Below are positions 28,753 through 38,088 of a stretch of DNA of 64,000 nt, piece by piece. Position numbers and translations under genes: made by a program. The stretch covers positions 1,344,001 through 1,408,000 of the forward strand of contig OZ244852.1 of the NCBI GenBank assembly GCA_965220965.1. The letters run 5' to 3'. Below the pieces are notes generated by a model. That model was not told the DNA's origin, did not search any database, and was given only the letters and a program-made list of their open reading frames with translations. This stretch comes from Candidatus Marinacidobacterium sp. Lineage in GTDB: Bacteria; Acidobacteriota; Vicinamibacteria; Marinacidobacterales; Marinacidobacteraceae. Positions within the stretch are counted from its first letter, which is position 1, and each line of letters starts with the position of its first letter.

Positions 28753-30231
28753 ATGCCGGCGATGGCGGAGTTCGATCTGGTGGTCCGGGGCGGGACCGTC
28801 GCGACCGCCTCCGGGACGGCCCGCGCCGATGTGGGGATCGCCGCCGGCGTCGTCCGGAGCCTCGGCGAGGGGCTTCCCCCCGGACGCGCGGAGATCGACG
28901 CCCGCGGCAAGCTCGTGCTCCCGGGGGGCGTGGACGCGCACACCCACATCGAGCAGCGCTCGTCGATGGGGGTCATGACCGCCGACGACTTCGAGTCGGC
29001 GACGCTGGCGGCGGCCTGCGGCGGAACGACGACGGTGCTCTCGTTCGCGGCGCAGCAGCGCGGCGAATCGCCCCGCGAGGTGGTGGCCGCCTACCACCGC
29101 GCCGCCGGCCCGAAGGCCGTGATCGACTACGGGTTCCACCTCATCATGTCGGACCCGACGCCCGAGGCCCTCGAGAAGGAGGTCCCGGCGCTGGTGGACG
29201 AGGGCGTGTCTTCGTTCAAGGTCTACATGACCTATGAAGCGGTCCGGGTGAACGACCGGCAGCTCCTCGAGGTGCTGGCGGCGGCGCGCCGGATGGGCGC
29301 GCTCACGATGGTCCACGCCGAGAACCACGGCATGATCGGGTGGATGTCAGGGCGGCTGGTGGAGGCCGGTCACGTGGCGCCGAAGTTCCACGCCGTCGGG
29401 CACGCCAAGCTCGCCGAGAGCGAGGCCACCGGCCGCGCGATCGGGCTCGCCGAACTGGTGGACGCGCCGCTCTATGTGGTTCACGTGTCCTCGAAGGAAG
29501 CGGCCGAAGCCATCGAGGCGGCGCGCTCCCGCGGGCTCAAGGTCTTCGCCGAGACCTGCCCGCAGTACCTGCTGCTGACCGCCGACGACCTCGACCAGCC
29601 GGGGATGGAGGGCGCGATGACCTGCTGCAGCCCCCCGCCGCGGGACCGGGAGAGCCAGGAGGCCATCTGGGCCGGACTCCGCGACGGGGTGTTCGATGTG
29701 CTCAGCTCGGACCACGCCCCCTACACGATGGACGCGCAGGGGAAGCTGGCGGCGGGCCCCGAGCCGCCTTTCCCGAAGATCTGCAACGGCGTGCCAGGCA
29801 TCGAGCTCCGTATGCCGCTGGTGTTTTCCGAGGGCGTCGGGCGCGGCCGGATCGGGCTCGAGCGCTTCGTCGAGGTGTGCTGCGAGACGCCGGCCCGCCT
29901 CTTCGGGATGTGGCCGCGGAAGGGAACGCTGGCGCCGGGGAGCGACGCCGACCTCGCGGTCTGGGACCCGGACCGGGAGATCACGGTGCGGTGGGAGGAC
30001 CTCCACGACCGCACTGGCTACACGCCCTACGCGGGGATGCGACTGAAGGGATGGCCGGAGACCGTCGTGCGCCGCGGCGAGGTCGTGGCGCGGGACCGGA
30101 GCCCCCTGGCCTCCCCGGGCAGCGGCGCCTTCGTCCGGCGCGGGCGGCCCGAATCGGCCGCCCCGCTGGGGCGGCCCTCCTGGTCGGTGCGGCTGGCCCG
30201 CCGCTTCGGTGCGCAGAACTTCCTGGAGTGA
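28753..30231 (+). CDS. hydA: Dihydropyrimidinase / D-hydantoinase
   Basis: PGGVDAHTH, SFKVYMTY, VHAEN, ETCPQY, SSDHAP, NGVPGIE and DADL motifs. Confidence 0.92.
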   Translation: MPAMAEFDLVVRGGTVATASGTARADVGIAAGVVRSLGEGLPPGRAEIDARGKLVLPGGVDAHTHIEQRSSMGVMTADDFESATLAAACGGTTTVLSFAAQQRGESPREVVAAYHRAAGPKAVIDYGFHLIMSDPTPEALEKEVPALVDEGVSSFKVYMTYEAVRVNDRQLLEVLAAARRMGALTMVHAENHGMIGWMSGRLVEAGHVAPKFHAVGHAKLAESEATGRAIGLAELVDAPLYVVHVSSKEAAEAIEAARSRGLKVFAETCPQYLLLTADDLDQPGMEGAMTCCSPPPRDRESQEAIWAGLRDGVFDVLSSDHAPYTMDAQGKLAAGPEPPFPKICNGVPGIELRMPLVFSEGVGRGRIGLERFVEVCCETPARLFGMWPRKGTLAPGSDADLAVWDPDREITVRWEDLHDRTGYTPYAGMRLKGWPETVVRRGEVVARDRSPLASPGSGAFVRRGRPESAAPLGRPSWSVRLARRFGAQNFLE

Positions 30232-30309
30232 TCCAGGCCTCCCGCCTTCCGTACCGGAGGGCGGGCGTCGGGAGAGAGGCGCGGCGCGCCCCTCTCCCTC
30301 AGGCGCGGC

Positions 30310-31140
30310 TCAGTTCGTCGAGCCGGAAGCGAGCGCGGCGCGGATCGCCTTGACCGTGATCTCCGAGCGGTAGCGGAACAGGCGACGCCCCCAGGCGCGC
30401 GTCTCGTCGAAGGGCTCCAGCTCGACGCCGTTGATCGACGTCAGCCCGGCGGCCCGCCGCTCGGAGAGGCGGATCGAGTTCGGATCCACCGCCGCCATCA
30501 TCGAGGTGATCGCGTAGTCGTCGTGGATCCCTTCGGGGGTCTGCTCCACTCCCTGCTCGGCGAGCCAGGTCTGGATGCCCTGGTAGTCGTAGAACTCGGG
30601 AATGAAGTGGACCGCCGGGGCCCCGTTCCATTCCGCCGTCAACTCCTCGGCGACCGCGCGCATGCCGGCCTGGTTTCCACCGCTATCGCCAACCAGGACG
30701 ATGTTGGAGAAGCCGCTGGCCTTCAGGCTCCGGCACACGTCGCGAATCACGGCGCGGAAGGTCTCGTCGCTGAGCCCGACCGTGCCCGGGTAGCGCATGT
30801 GGCCGGTGGGCGGGTCGAAGTCCCCCTCGGGGACGAGCTTCAGGATCGGGGCGACGAGGGCGTTCCCGAGGTCGCGCGCGATCGCCTCCGTCAGCCCCCG
30901 GAGGAGCACGTTGTGCTTGCCGGTCACCAGGTAGGGGCCATTCTGCTCGACGCCGCCGCTGGCCACGATCGCGGTGTGCTTGCCGTCGGCGATCATGTCG
31001 CGGACCTCCATCCAGGTCAGGTCCTCGATGAAGACGCTGTCCCGCATGGGGATGGGTCGGGGCTTGTCGGGGGCCGGGCTCTGGGCCCAGGCGGACGGCG
31101 CCGCGAAGAGCGCGGCGAGAAGAACGGGGGCGAGTCGCAT
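30310..31140 (-). CDS. Creatininase family protein with signal peptide
   Basis: LTWMEV, GGVEQNGPY, GHMRYPGT, GDSGGNQ and GIHD motifs. Confidence 0.85.
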   Translation of the reverse strand: MRLAPVLLAALFAAPSAWAQSPAPDKPRPIPMRDSVFIEDLTWMEVRDMIADGKHTAIVASGGVEQNGPYLVTGKHNVLLRGLTEAIARDLGNALVAPILKLVPEGDFDPPTGHMRYPGTVGLSDETFRAVIRDVCRSLKASGFSNIVLVGDSGGNQAGMRAVAEELTAEWNGAPAVHFIPEFYDYQGIQTWLAEQGVEQTPEGIHDDYAITSMMAAVDPNSIRLSERRAAGLTSINGVELEPFDETRAWGRRLFRYRSEITVKAIRAALASGSTN

Positions 31141-31180
31141 GGTCGGGAAACTCCTTCGGAAGGCGGCTGGTCGAGGGATC

Positions 31181-31897
31181 TCAGACGCTGAGTCCCGGTT
31201 GTATCACAGTCGTGCGGTAATCCTCGCCCTTCAGGTCGACGCGCCGGCACGCCTCCAGCAGCAGCGAGGCGGACGACTGCGTGATGCGTTCCCCGAGCTC
31301 TCCGGCCCCGGCCGGGTGCGACGGATAGATCGTGGTGGCGAGGAGCTTCGCTCCGCTGTCGACCGCGCGAGTGAGGATGGCGTGAAGACGCTCCCGCGCC
31401 CACGGGGGGGAGACCACGCCGATATCGTCAAAGACCACGATCTCCGCCGATTCGAGCGGCGCCAGGATCTCCCGCTCGGAGATGTCCTCCTTCCAGGCCT
31501 GCTGAAGGCGGAAGAGGAGCTCCGGAACCCGGACGAACCGGGCGGCCGCCGCGATCCGGCGTTCGCGGAGGATCCGGTGCAGCGCCGCCACCATGAGGTG
31601 GGTCTTGCCGACGCCCTTCGGTCCGGTGAGAAGCAGACCCTTCCGGACGTCGGGGTAGTCGTCGGCCCAGATGCGGACGATGTCGCGAGCCTTGATGACG
31701 TCGTCGTTGAGTTCGTCGAAGTCGGAGAACGTCTTTTCGCGACGAAGCCCCTTGGGAACTCCGGCCTGCGCAAGCGTCAGGGGGGACGGCGCCATGCCGG
31801 GGCAGTGGCAGGGCGCGACCGCGCCAGCGCCGTCCGGCGTGACAACCGGACGCCAGCCGGTCCCGCCGCACTTCGGGCAGGGACCGCGCTCCGACAC
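31181..31897 (-). CDS. DnaC/IstB-like AAA+ ATPase with N-terminal Zn-binding motif
   Basis: CPKCGGTGW...CHC; Walker A GPKGVGKTHL; Walker B VFDDIG; GEDYR. Confidence 0.82.
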   Translation of the reverse strand: MSERGPCPKCGGTGWRPVVTPDGAGAVAPCHCPGMAPSPLTLAQAGVPKGLRREKTFSDFDELNDDVIKARDIVRIWADDYPDVRKGLLLTGPKGVGKTHLMVAALHRILRERRIAAAARFVRVPELLFRLQQAWKEDISEREILAPLESAEIVVFDDIGVVSPPWARERLHAILTRAVDSGAKLLATTIYPSHPAGAGELGERITQSSASLLLEACRRVDLKGEDYRTTVIQPGLSV

Positions 31898-31899
31898 GG

Positions 31900-32316
31900 C
31901 TATTCGCCCGCAGAACCGTCCGATCCGCGGTTCGCCGAACTTGCCGGAACCAGATCGGCGCGGGGAAGCCGGACCAGCGCGTGGCGCGTCTCGAGGCTCA
32001 GCGCCGCCGGATCGCGCGCCAGGTCCCGGTGGACGAACTCGGTGAACTGGCGAACCTCCTCCTGCATGCGCTGCATCTTCTCCCGCATCTGGAGAATGAT
32101 GTCCACTCCGGCGAGATTCACGCCGAGCTCGCGGAGGTTCAGGATCGTCTGGAGGCGCTGGAGATCGGCGTCGGTGTAGACGCGGGTGTTCCCTTCGGTG
32201 CGCGACGGCCGCAGCAGCCCCTCGCGCTCGTAGAGACGCAGGGTCTGCGGATGGATGTCGTAGAGCTCCGCCACCGCGCTGATCATGTAGACGCCCTTGC
32301 GGCGCTCGGCGCTCAT
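31900..32316 (-). CDS. hspR: MerR-family heat-shock repressor
   Basis: YMISAVAELYDIHPQTLRLYEREGLLRPSRTEGNTRVY and LGVNLAGV motifs; follows dnaJ. Confidence 0.9.
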   Translation of the reverse strand: MSAERRKGVYMISAVAELYDIHPQTLRLYEREGLLRPSRTEGNTRVYTDADLQRLQTILNLRELGVNLAGVDIILQMREKMQRMQEEVRQFTEFVHRDLARDPAALSLETRHALVRLPRADLVPASSANRGSDGSAGE

Positions 32317-33458
32317 GCCGAGCCCTCCGCCCCGGCGGCGTCCGCGAAGGAAGCGCGCAGGTCGTCGCGCGGCGAGTCGGGATAGCGCTCGGCGAGTTCG
32401 CGCAGCAGGTCGCGCGAGCGGTCGTCCCGGATCTCGGGAATCCGCACCTTGACCTCGAGGAAGAGGTCTCCCGGTTCTCCTCCGGGGACCGCCGGAACCC
32501 CTCGTCCGGCGAGCCGGATCCGGGCCCCGGGCTGCACCCCCGGCGGAAGGCGCACCGTCACCGGCCCGGTCAGGGTTGGCGCCTCGACCTTGCCGCCGAC
32601 GGCGGCCTCCGCCAGCGTGAGCGGCAGCGGGCAGATCACATTGCCGCCCCGGCGCTTCAGGACCGGATGAGGCTCCACCTCGACGTGAAGCCGCAGGTCC
32701 CCGTCCGGTTCGCTCCGCACCCCCTGGTGGCCCGCCCGCGCGACGACGATGGTGGCCCCGTCCATCACGCCGGCGGGGACCCGCGCCACGACCCGCCGGG
32801 GACGCGCGCGGCGCCCGCGTCCAGCGCACTCGCGGCAGTGGGTGTGGAACAGTTGCCCCCGCCCCTCGCAGTCGCCGCAGGGCCGGACGAAGACCATGTG
32901 GCGGAACCGGCGCAGCCGGCGGCCCTCGCCGCGGCAGGCGGTGCACTCCACCCCGGATTCGGCGAGCCCCTCGCGGACCGGCCGCTCACCTTGCCCGCCG
33001 CAGGCGCCGCAGCCCTCCTTCCGGAGGATCCGCAGCCGCACCTGTTTCCCTTCGAGCGACTCCAGAAACGACAGCTTCGCGCGGGCGTGGATGTGGTTCC
33101 CGCCAGCGCTCGCGGACTCGGCCTCCGTCCCGCTCCCGAACAGTTCGTGGAGCGGCCGCTCGTCGGGCGACGGCTCGTGGCCAAAGTCGAAACCGGCGAA
33201 GCCGTAGCGCTTGCGCTTCGGTCGGGGCGGCGGCGGCTCCCGGTCCCCGCGCTCGTCGTATTCGGCGCGCCGATCCGGGTCGGCGAGGACCTCGAAGGCG
33301 TGCTGGACGAGCCGGTACCGCTCCTCGACGACGAGGTCGTTCGGGTTCAGGTCCGGATGGAGCCGGCGCGCGAGCCTCCGGTAGGCGCTGCGGATGCGGG
33401 CGAGGTTCGCGGTGGGCTGGACCCCGAGGACCTGGTAGTAGTCCACCCGCCGGGCCAT
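32313..33458 (-). CDS. dnaJ: DnaJ chaperone
   Basis: J domain with HPD; four CxxCxGxG repeats; C-terminal GDL motifs. Confidence 0.9.
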   Translation of the reverse strand: MARRVDYYQVLGVQPTANLARIRSAYRRLARRLHPDLNPNDLVVEERYRLVQHAFEVLADPDRRAEYDERGDREPPPPRPKRKRYGFAGFDFGHEPSPDERPLHELFGSGTEAESASAGGNHIHARAKLSFLESLEGKQVRLRILRKEGCGACGGQGERPVREGLAESGVECTACRGEGRRLRRFRHMVFVRPCGDCEGRGQLFHTHCRECAGRGRRARPRRVVARVPAGVMDGATIVVARAGHQGVRSEPDGDLRLHVEVEPHPVLKRRGGNVICPLPLTLAEAAVGGKVEAPTLTGPVTVRLPPGVQPGARIRLAGRGVPAVPGGEPGDLFLEVKVRIPEIRDDRSRDLLRELAERYPDSPRDDLRASFADAAGAEGSA

Positions 33459-33480
33459 CGCCGTCCGTTCCCGTTCCGCG

Positions 33481-35412
33481 TCAGGAATCCACGATTTCCG
33501 CGTCCACGATGTTGTCGTCGGCGGCGCCGTTGCCCCGGCCGGAACGCTTCGAGCCGCCCGGCGGCGGAGGCGGCGGCGCCTGCCCGTCACCCGCGGCGGC
33601 GTCGCCCTGGGTCTTCTGACGGTACATCAGCTCGGCCAGCCGGTGACTCGCCTTCTCGAGCTCTTCGCGGGCCTTGCGGATCCGGTCCATGTCCTCGTCC
33701 TTGAGGGCGGCCCGCGCCTGGGCGACCGCGGCCTCGACCTCGGCGGTCGCGGAAGCGTCATCGAGATTCGCCCGGTTCTCGTTCAGCATCTTCTCGACCT
33801 GGTGCGCGAGCGAGTCGGTCTCGTTCCGGAACTCGACGTCGGTCCGACGCGCCTTGTCGGCGTCCTCGTTGGCGGTCGCCTCGGACTTCATCCGCTCGAT
33901 CTCGTCCTTGGACAGGCCGCTCGAGGCGGTGATCGTGATCGCCTGCTCCCGCCCGGTGGCCTTGTCCTTCGCCGAGACGTTCACGATGCCGTTCGCGTCG
34001 ATGTCGAAGGTGACCTCGATCTGGGGGATGCCGCGCGGCGCCGGCGGGATGCCGACGAGGCTGAACTTGCCAAGCGTCCGGTTGTCGCTCGCCATGGCGC
34101 GCTCCCCCTGGAGCACGTGGACTTCGACCTGCGGCTGGTTGTCGGCGGCGGTCGAGAAGGTCTCGCTCGCCCGGTGCGGGATCGTGGTGTTGCGCTCCAC
34201 CAGACGGGTGAAGACGCCCCCAAGCGTCTCGATGCCGAGCGACAGCGGAGTGACGTCCAGGAGGAGGATGTCCTTTTTCTCGCCGGAGAGCACGCCCGCC
34301 TGGGTCGCCGCGCCGAGCGCCACGACCTCGTCCGGGTTGACGCCCTGGTGCGGGGCCACCCCGAAGATCTTCCGGGCCATTTCCTGGACCCGCGGGATGC
34401 GGGTCGTGCCGCCGACGAGCACGACTTCGTCCACCGAGGCCGAACCGAGGCCGGCGTCCTCGATCGCCTGCCGGCAGGGCTGCTCGGTGCGGTCGAGCAG
34501 GTCCTCGATCAGGGCCTCGAACCGGGAGCGGGTCAGCGTGAGCTCGAGGTGCTTCGGCCCCTCGGCGTCGGCGGTGATGAACGGAAGGTTGATCTGGGTC
34601 TCGAGGGTGGTGGAGAGCTCGATCTTGGCCTTCTCGGCGGCGTCCTTCAGGCGCTGCACCGCCATCGGGTCCTTCCGCAGGTCGATGCCGTGCGACTTCC
34701 GGAACTCCACGACCATCCAGTCCATCACGACGTTGTCGATGTCATCGCCGCCGAGCGCGGTGTCGCCGTTCGTGGACCGGACCTCGACGACTCCGTCGCC
34801 GACTTCCAGGATCGAGATGTCGAAGGTGCCGCCCCCGAAGTCGTAGACGGCGATCTTCTCGTTGCCCTTCTTCTCGAGCCCGTACGCCAGCGCGGCCGCG
34901 GTGGGCTCGTTCACGATGCGCACGACATCGAGTCCGGCGATCTCTCCGGCGTCCTTGGTCGCCTGCCGCTGCGAGTCGTTGAAATAGGCGGGAACGGTGA
35001 TGACGGCCTTTTCGACCGGCCCCCCGAGGTAGTCCTCGGCCGAAGCCTTCATCTTCTGGAGCACCATCGCCGAGATCTCCGGCGGGGTGTACCCCTTCCC
35101 GGCGAGGCGAACCTCGATCCCGCCGTCGCCCTTCCTCGCGACCTCGTAGGTCGAGGACTCGCGCTCGTCGGCGGCCTCGTCGTAGCGGCGGCCCATGAAC
35201 CGCTTGATGGAGGAAACGGTGTTCCCGGGGTTCGTGATCGCCTGCCGCTTCGCCACCTCGCCCACGAGGCGCTCGTTCGACTTGGAGATCCCCACGACCG
35301 AGGGGGTGGTTCGCCCCCCTTCGGCGTTCGGGATGATCACGGGCTGACCACCCTCCATGACGGCCACGACCGAGTTCGTGGTCCCCAGATCGATGCCGAT
35401 GATCTTGCTCAT
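33481..35412 (-). CDS. dnaK: Chaperone DnaK
   Basis: [28 protein letters not shown] and [10 protein letters not shown] motifs. Confidence 0.98.
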   Translation of the reverse strand: MSKIIGIDLGTTNSVVAVMEGGQPVIIPNAEGGRTTPSVVGISKSNERLVGEVAKRQAITNPGNTVSSIKRFMGRRYDEAADERESSTYEVARKGDGGIEVRLAGKGYTPPEISAMVLQKMKASAEDYLGGPVEKAVITVPAYFNDSQRQATKDAGEIAGLDVVRIVNEPTAAALAYGLEKKGNEKIAVYDFGGGTFDISILEVGDGVVEVRSTNGDTALGGDDIDNVVMDWMVVEFRKSHGIDLRKDPMAVQRLKDAAEKAKIELSTTLETQINLPFITADAEGPKHLELTLTRSRFEALIEDLLDRTEQPCRQAIEDAGLGSASVDEVVLVGGTTRIPRVQEMARKIFGVAPHQGVNPDEVVALGAATQAGVLSGEKKDILLLDVTPLSLGIETLGGVFTRLVERNTTIPHRASETFSTAADNQPQVEVHVLQGERAMASDNRTLGKFSLVGIPPAPRGIPQIEVTFDIDANGIVNVSAKDKATGREQAITITASSGLSKDEIERMKSEATANEDADKARRTDVEFRNETDSLAHQVEKMLNENRANLDDASATAEVEAAVAQARAALKDEDMDRIRKAREELEKASHRLAELMYRQKTQGDAAAGDGQAPPPPPPGGSKRSGRGNGAADDNIVDAEIVDS

Positions 35413-35546
35413 TCGAAATCAGACTCCTGTTCCGGCGAATTCCGGTCTCGGGGTCTGGCGCGGGCTCGTCGCTGCTCCAACGGGAGGTTCAGCAGCCCCG
35501 CCCTCCCCTTTGCGAGGAGAAGTATATACGCAGTTAGTGAAGATGA

Positions 35547-35567
35547 TCTGAGTCAGGAGCTGTCAAG
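35547..35567 (-). promoter_or_regulatory. HAIR-like HspR operator overlapping a TTGACA hexamer upstream of dnaK
   Basis: Minus strand CTTGACA-GCTCCTG-ACTCAGA versus consensus CTTGAGT-N7-ACTCAAG; hspR is in the same operon. Confidence 0.6.
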
Positions 35568-35617
35568 CCAGGGACCGCAATCAGGTCAGCGCGAGGACGC
35601 GGACCGGGCGGCGCGGT

Positions 35618-36520
35618 CTAGCGGAGGAGTTCGCGGATCGCGGGCTCGAGGACATCCCGCGACTGGAAGTTCACGAAGTGGCGGACGATGAGCCCTTCGC
35701 GGTTCGCGAGGAACAGCGTCGGGAAGATGTTCACGTTCCCCAGCTCGGCGCGATCCTCCTCCGTCAGGTGCAGGTTCTCGAACCCGACGCCGCCCTTCGC
35801 GATGTGGGCCTGGCGATCGGCATCGGTGTAGGGGAGCTTGAGGACGCGGTCGGCGTTCAGCCCGATGATCGTGAGTCCCTCACCCGAGATGTCCTGGTGG
35901 AGCTCCTCGAGCACCGGAGCGATCTGGACGCAGGGAGGGCAGTTCGTGAACCACACGTAGACCAGCGTGGCGTCGTTCATGTGGTCAGCGACCGCGAGGT
36001 CGCCCCCGGCGAAGCGCTCGCCGGAGATCGCGGGGAGGGAGCGCCCCTCCCACCCGGTCAGGCTGCGGCTCACCGCCATGGCGAACCGGTCGTCGGCGCG
36101 CACCATGTCCTGGTTGATCGACACGAGGTTCCCGTCGCCGTCACGCGTCAGGAAACGGGGAACCCGGGGATCCGACTCCATGATCCGGAGCACGACGTCC
36201 ACCGCGGACTCGTCATAGAGCGAGAACTGCCCGGCGATCTCGGTCAGCGTGGGCAGCCGTCCTTCCCTGCCCTCGAACTCGACGATGAACAGCGGAGTGC
36301 GGAAGAAGATGTCGTTCAGCCGGTCGAGCGCGCGCTGTTCCTCCGGCGCCTGGAAGCGCTCCACCAGCGCCGAGAGCAGCAGGCGCTCGCCCGGCTGGAG
36401 GGAGTCGCGGACATGCTCGAGGATGCGTCGTTCGGCGTCAGCCTGCGAGGACTGGGCCGCCGCCGGAACGACTGCGAAGAGCGCGAGGAACGAAGACAGG
36501 ACAAGGGCGAGCAGGGGCAT
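35618..36520 (-). CDS. Exported TlpA-like thioredoxin-fold protein with N-terminal extension
   Basis: Signal peptide; WFTNCPPC and IFPTLFL motifs. Confidence 0.8.
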   Translation of the reverse strand: MPLLALVLSSFLALFAVVPAAAQSSQADAERRILEHVRDSLQPGERLLLSALVERFQAPEEQRALDRLNDIFFRTPLFIVEFEGREGRLPTLTEIAGQFSLYDESAVDVVLRIMESDPRVPRFLTRDGDGNLVSINQDMVRADDRFAMAVSRSLTGWEGRSLPAISGERFAGGDLAVADHMNDATLVYVWFTNCPPCVQIAPVLEELHQDISGEGLTIIGLNADRVLKLPYTDADRQAHIAKGGVGFENLHLTEEDRAELGNVNIFPTLFLANREGLIVRHFVNFQSRDVLEPAIRELLR

Positions 36521-36568
36521 GTTCCGGATTCTAAGGAGTTCCCGGCCGCGTTGCCCGGGCGACGCCGC

Positions 36569-38026
36569 ATGGGGGTAGACTCGGAGGGCGTGGAGCGCCT
36601 GCCGGAACCCTTCCGCCGCCACGTCCGGCGTGGTCTCCCGGCGCGCCGTGGAGGCTCCGGCCGCCTCGTCGCCGCCGTTTCGCTCCTCGTCGCCGCCGGA
36701 TGCGCCGAGCGCGTCCTGCCGGAGATACCGGTCGCGCCGGTCACCGGCTGGAACTACGTCGAGAGCCGGCGGCCGGCGGGCGGCGCCGACCTGACCGCGC
36801 CGCAGCAGGAGACACTGGAGACGGGCTGGGCCTGGCTCCTGGCCGCGAACCTGCGGGAGGCCGAGGGCGCGCTTCAGCCGCTGCTCGCCGAAGCTCCGGA
36901 GGATCCCGGGGTCCTCGCGGCCTCCGGTTATCTCGAACTGCGCCGGGGCCGCCCCGAACTCGCGGAGCCGCTCTTCGACGAGGCGCTGGCGCGGGACGCC
37001 GGGAGCGCCCTCGCGGCGCTCGGCGGCGTCCTGACCGCGCTCGGGTCCGAGGACCGCGAGACGCTCTATTCGCGATTGCGGCGGCTCGAAGCGATCGAGC
37101 CCGAGGCGCCCGCGGTCGTGGAGCTTCTTCCCGATGTGGTCCGGGAGGTCGCCGACAGCCGACTCGCCGCCGCCCGGGACGCCGTCCGCGCCGGCGCCGC
37201 CGGGTCGGAGATCGCCGAGGCCTACGCGGCCGCGCTCGAAGCGGTCCCCGATTCGATCGACCTGGTGTTCGAAGCCGCCGAGGCGGCCGCCGCGGCGGGC
37301 GGGGGCGAGCAGGCGAGGCGTTGGTTCGAACAGGTCGCCCGGGACCCCGATGCGGGGGAGCGGGAAGCGCTCACCGCCTCGATCGAGGTCGCCCGGCTGC
37401 TGGCCGAGTCGGGCCGGGTCGCCGAGGGGCTGACGCGGATTGACCGGATCCGGGCCGATGCGCGCCTCGGGCGGCAGCCCGATCTCCGGGAGCGGGCCCG
37501 GGAGCTCGCGGACCGCCTCGCGTACGCCCGGCTCACCGAGCGCTACGACCGGATCCGGGAGACCGAGCGGGGAACCCGGGAACAGCTCGCCGCGGCGCTC
37601 GTGCTGGCGCTCGGCATCCCCGACCCGGACACCGGGGGCGCGAGGGTCGTGATCGCGGTGGACCTCGAGCGAAGCTGGGCGGCGGACCAGATCCTCGCCG
37701 CCGTGGGCGCGGGATATCTGAGGCTCTTCCCGGACAACACCTTCAAGCCGCGCGACTACGTGACGCGGGCGGAACTCGCCGAAGCTCTCGACGCCGCGCT
37801 CGCGGCCCTCGACCGCGCCGCGTGGCGCGACGCCGGCGAGGGCGCATCGGAGCTGGAGTTCAACGACGTGCCCCGCGGCCGGCGGACCAGCGGGGCCATC
37901 GACCGCGCGGTCGGGCTGGGGCTCCTCGCCGCCCCGGGCGGGGCCTTCCGCCCGCTCGACTTCGCCTCCGGCGCGGAGATCGTGCGCGCCGTGGAGGCCC
38001 TGCGCGACCGGCTCGGTCGAAGCTGA
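36569..38026 (+). CDS. TPR-like lipoprotein with C-terminal SLH (S-layer homology) domains; start uncertain
   Basis: LLVAAGC lipobox; helical repeats; GYLRLFPDNTFKPRDYVTRAELA. Confidence 0.7.
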   Translation: MGVDSEGVERLPEPFRRHVRRGLPARRGGSGRLVAAVSLLVAAGCAERVLPEIPVAPVTGWNYVESRRPAGGADLTAPQQETLETGWAWLLAANLREAEGALQPLLAEAPEDPGVLAASGYLELRRGRPELAEPLFDEALARDAGSALAALGGVLTALGSEDRETLYSRLRRLEAIEPEAPAVVELLPDVVREVADSRLAAARDAVRAGAAGSEIAEAYAAALEAVPDSIDLVFEAAEAAAAAGGGEQARRWFEQVARDPDAGEREALTASIEVARLLAESGRVAEGLTRIDRIRADARLGRQPDLRERARELADRLAYARLTERYDRIRETERGTREQLAAALVLALGIPDPDTGGARVVIAVDLERSWAADQILAAVGAGYLRLFPDNTFKPRDYVTRAELAEALDAALAALDRAAWRDAGEGASELEFNDVPRGRRTSGAIDRAVGLGLLAAPGGAFRPLDFASGAEIVRAVEALRDRLGRS

Positions 38027-38088
38027 CGCATCCGCGGCCTCGCGGTCCCGTCACGCCGGGCGCCGCCGCTTGTGATGAGATAGGCGGC

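Noticed and set aside
31181-31897. IS21 element (IstB)
   Set aside because: No IstA or terminal repeats; has a Zn-binding N-terminus and an operonic position
33643-35691. Long ORFs antisense to dnaK (likewise groEL, ahcY and the large hydrolases)
   Set aside because: Typical antisense shadows produced by GC-biased codon usage
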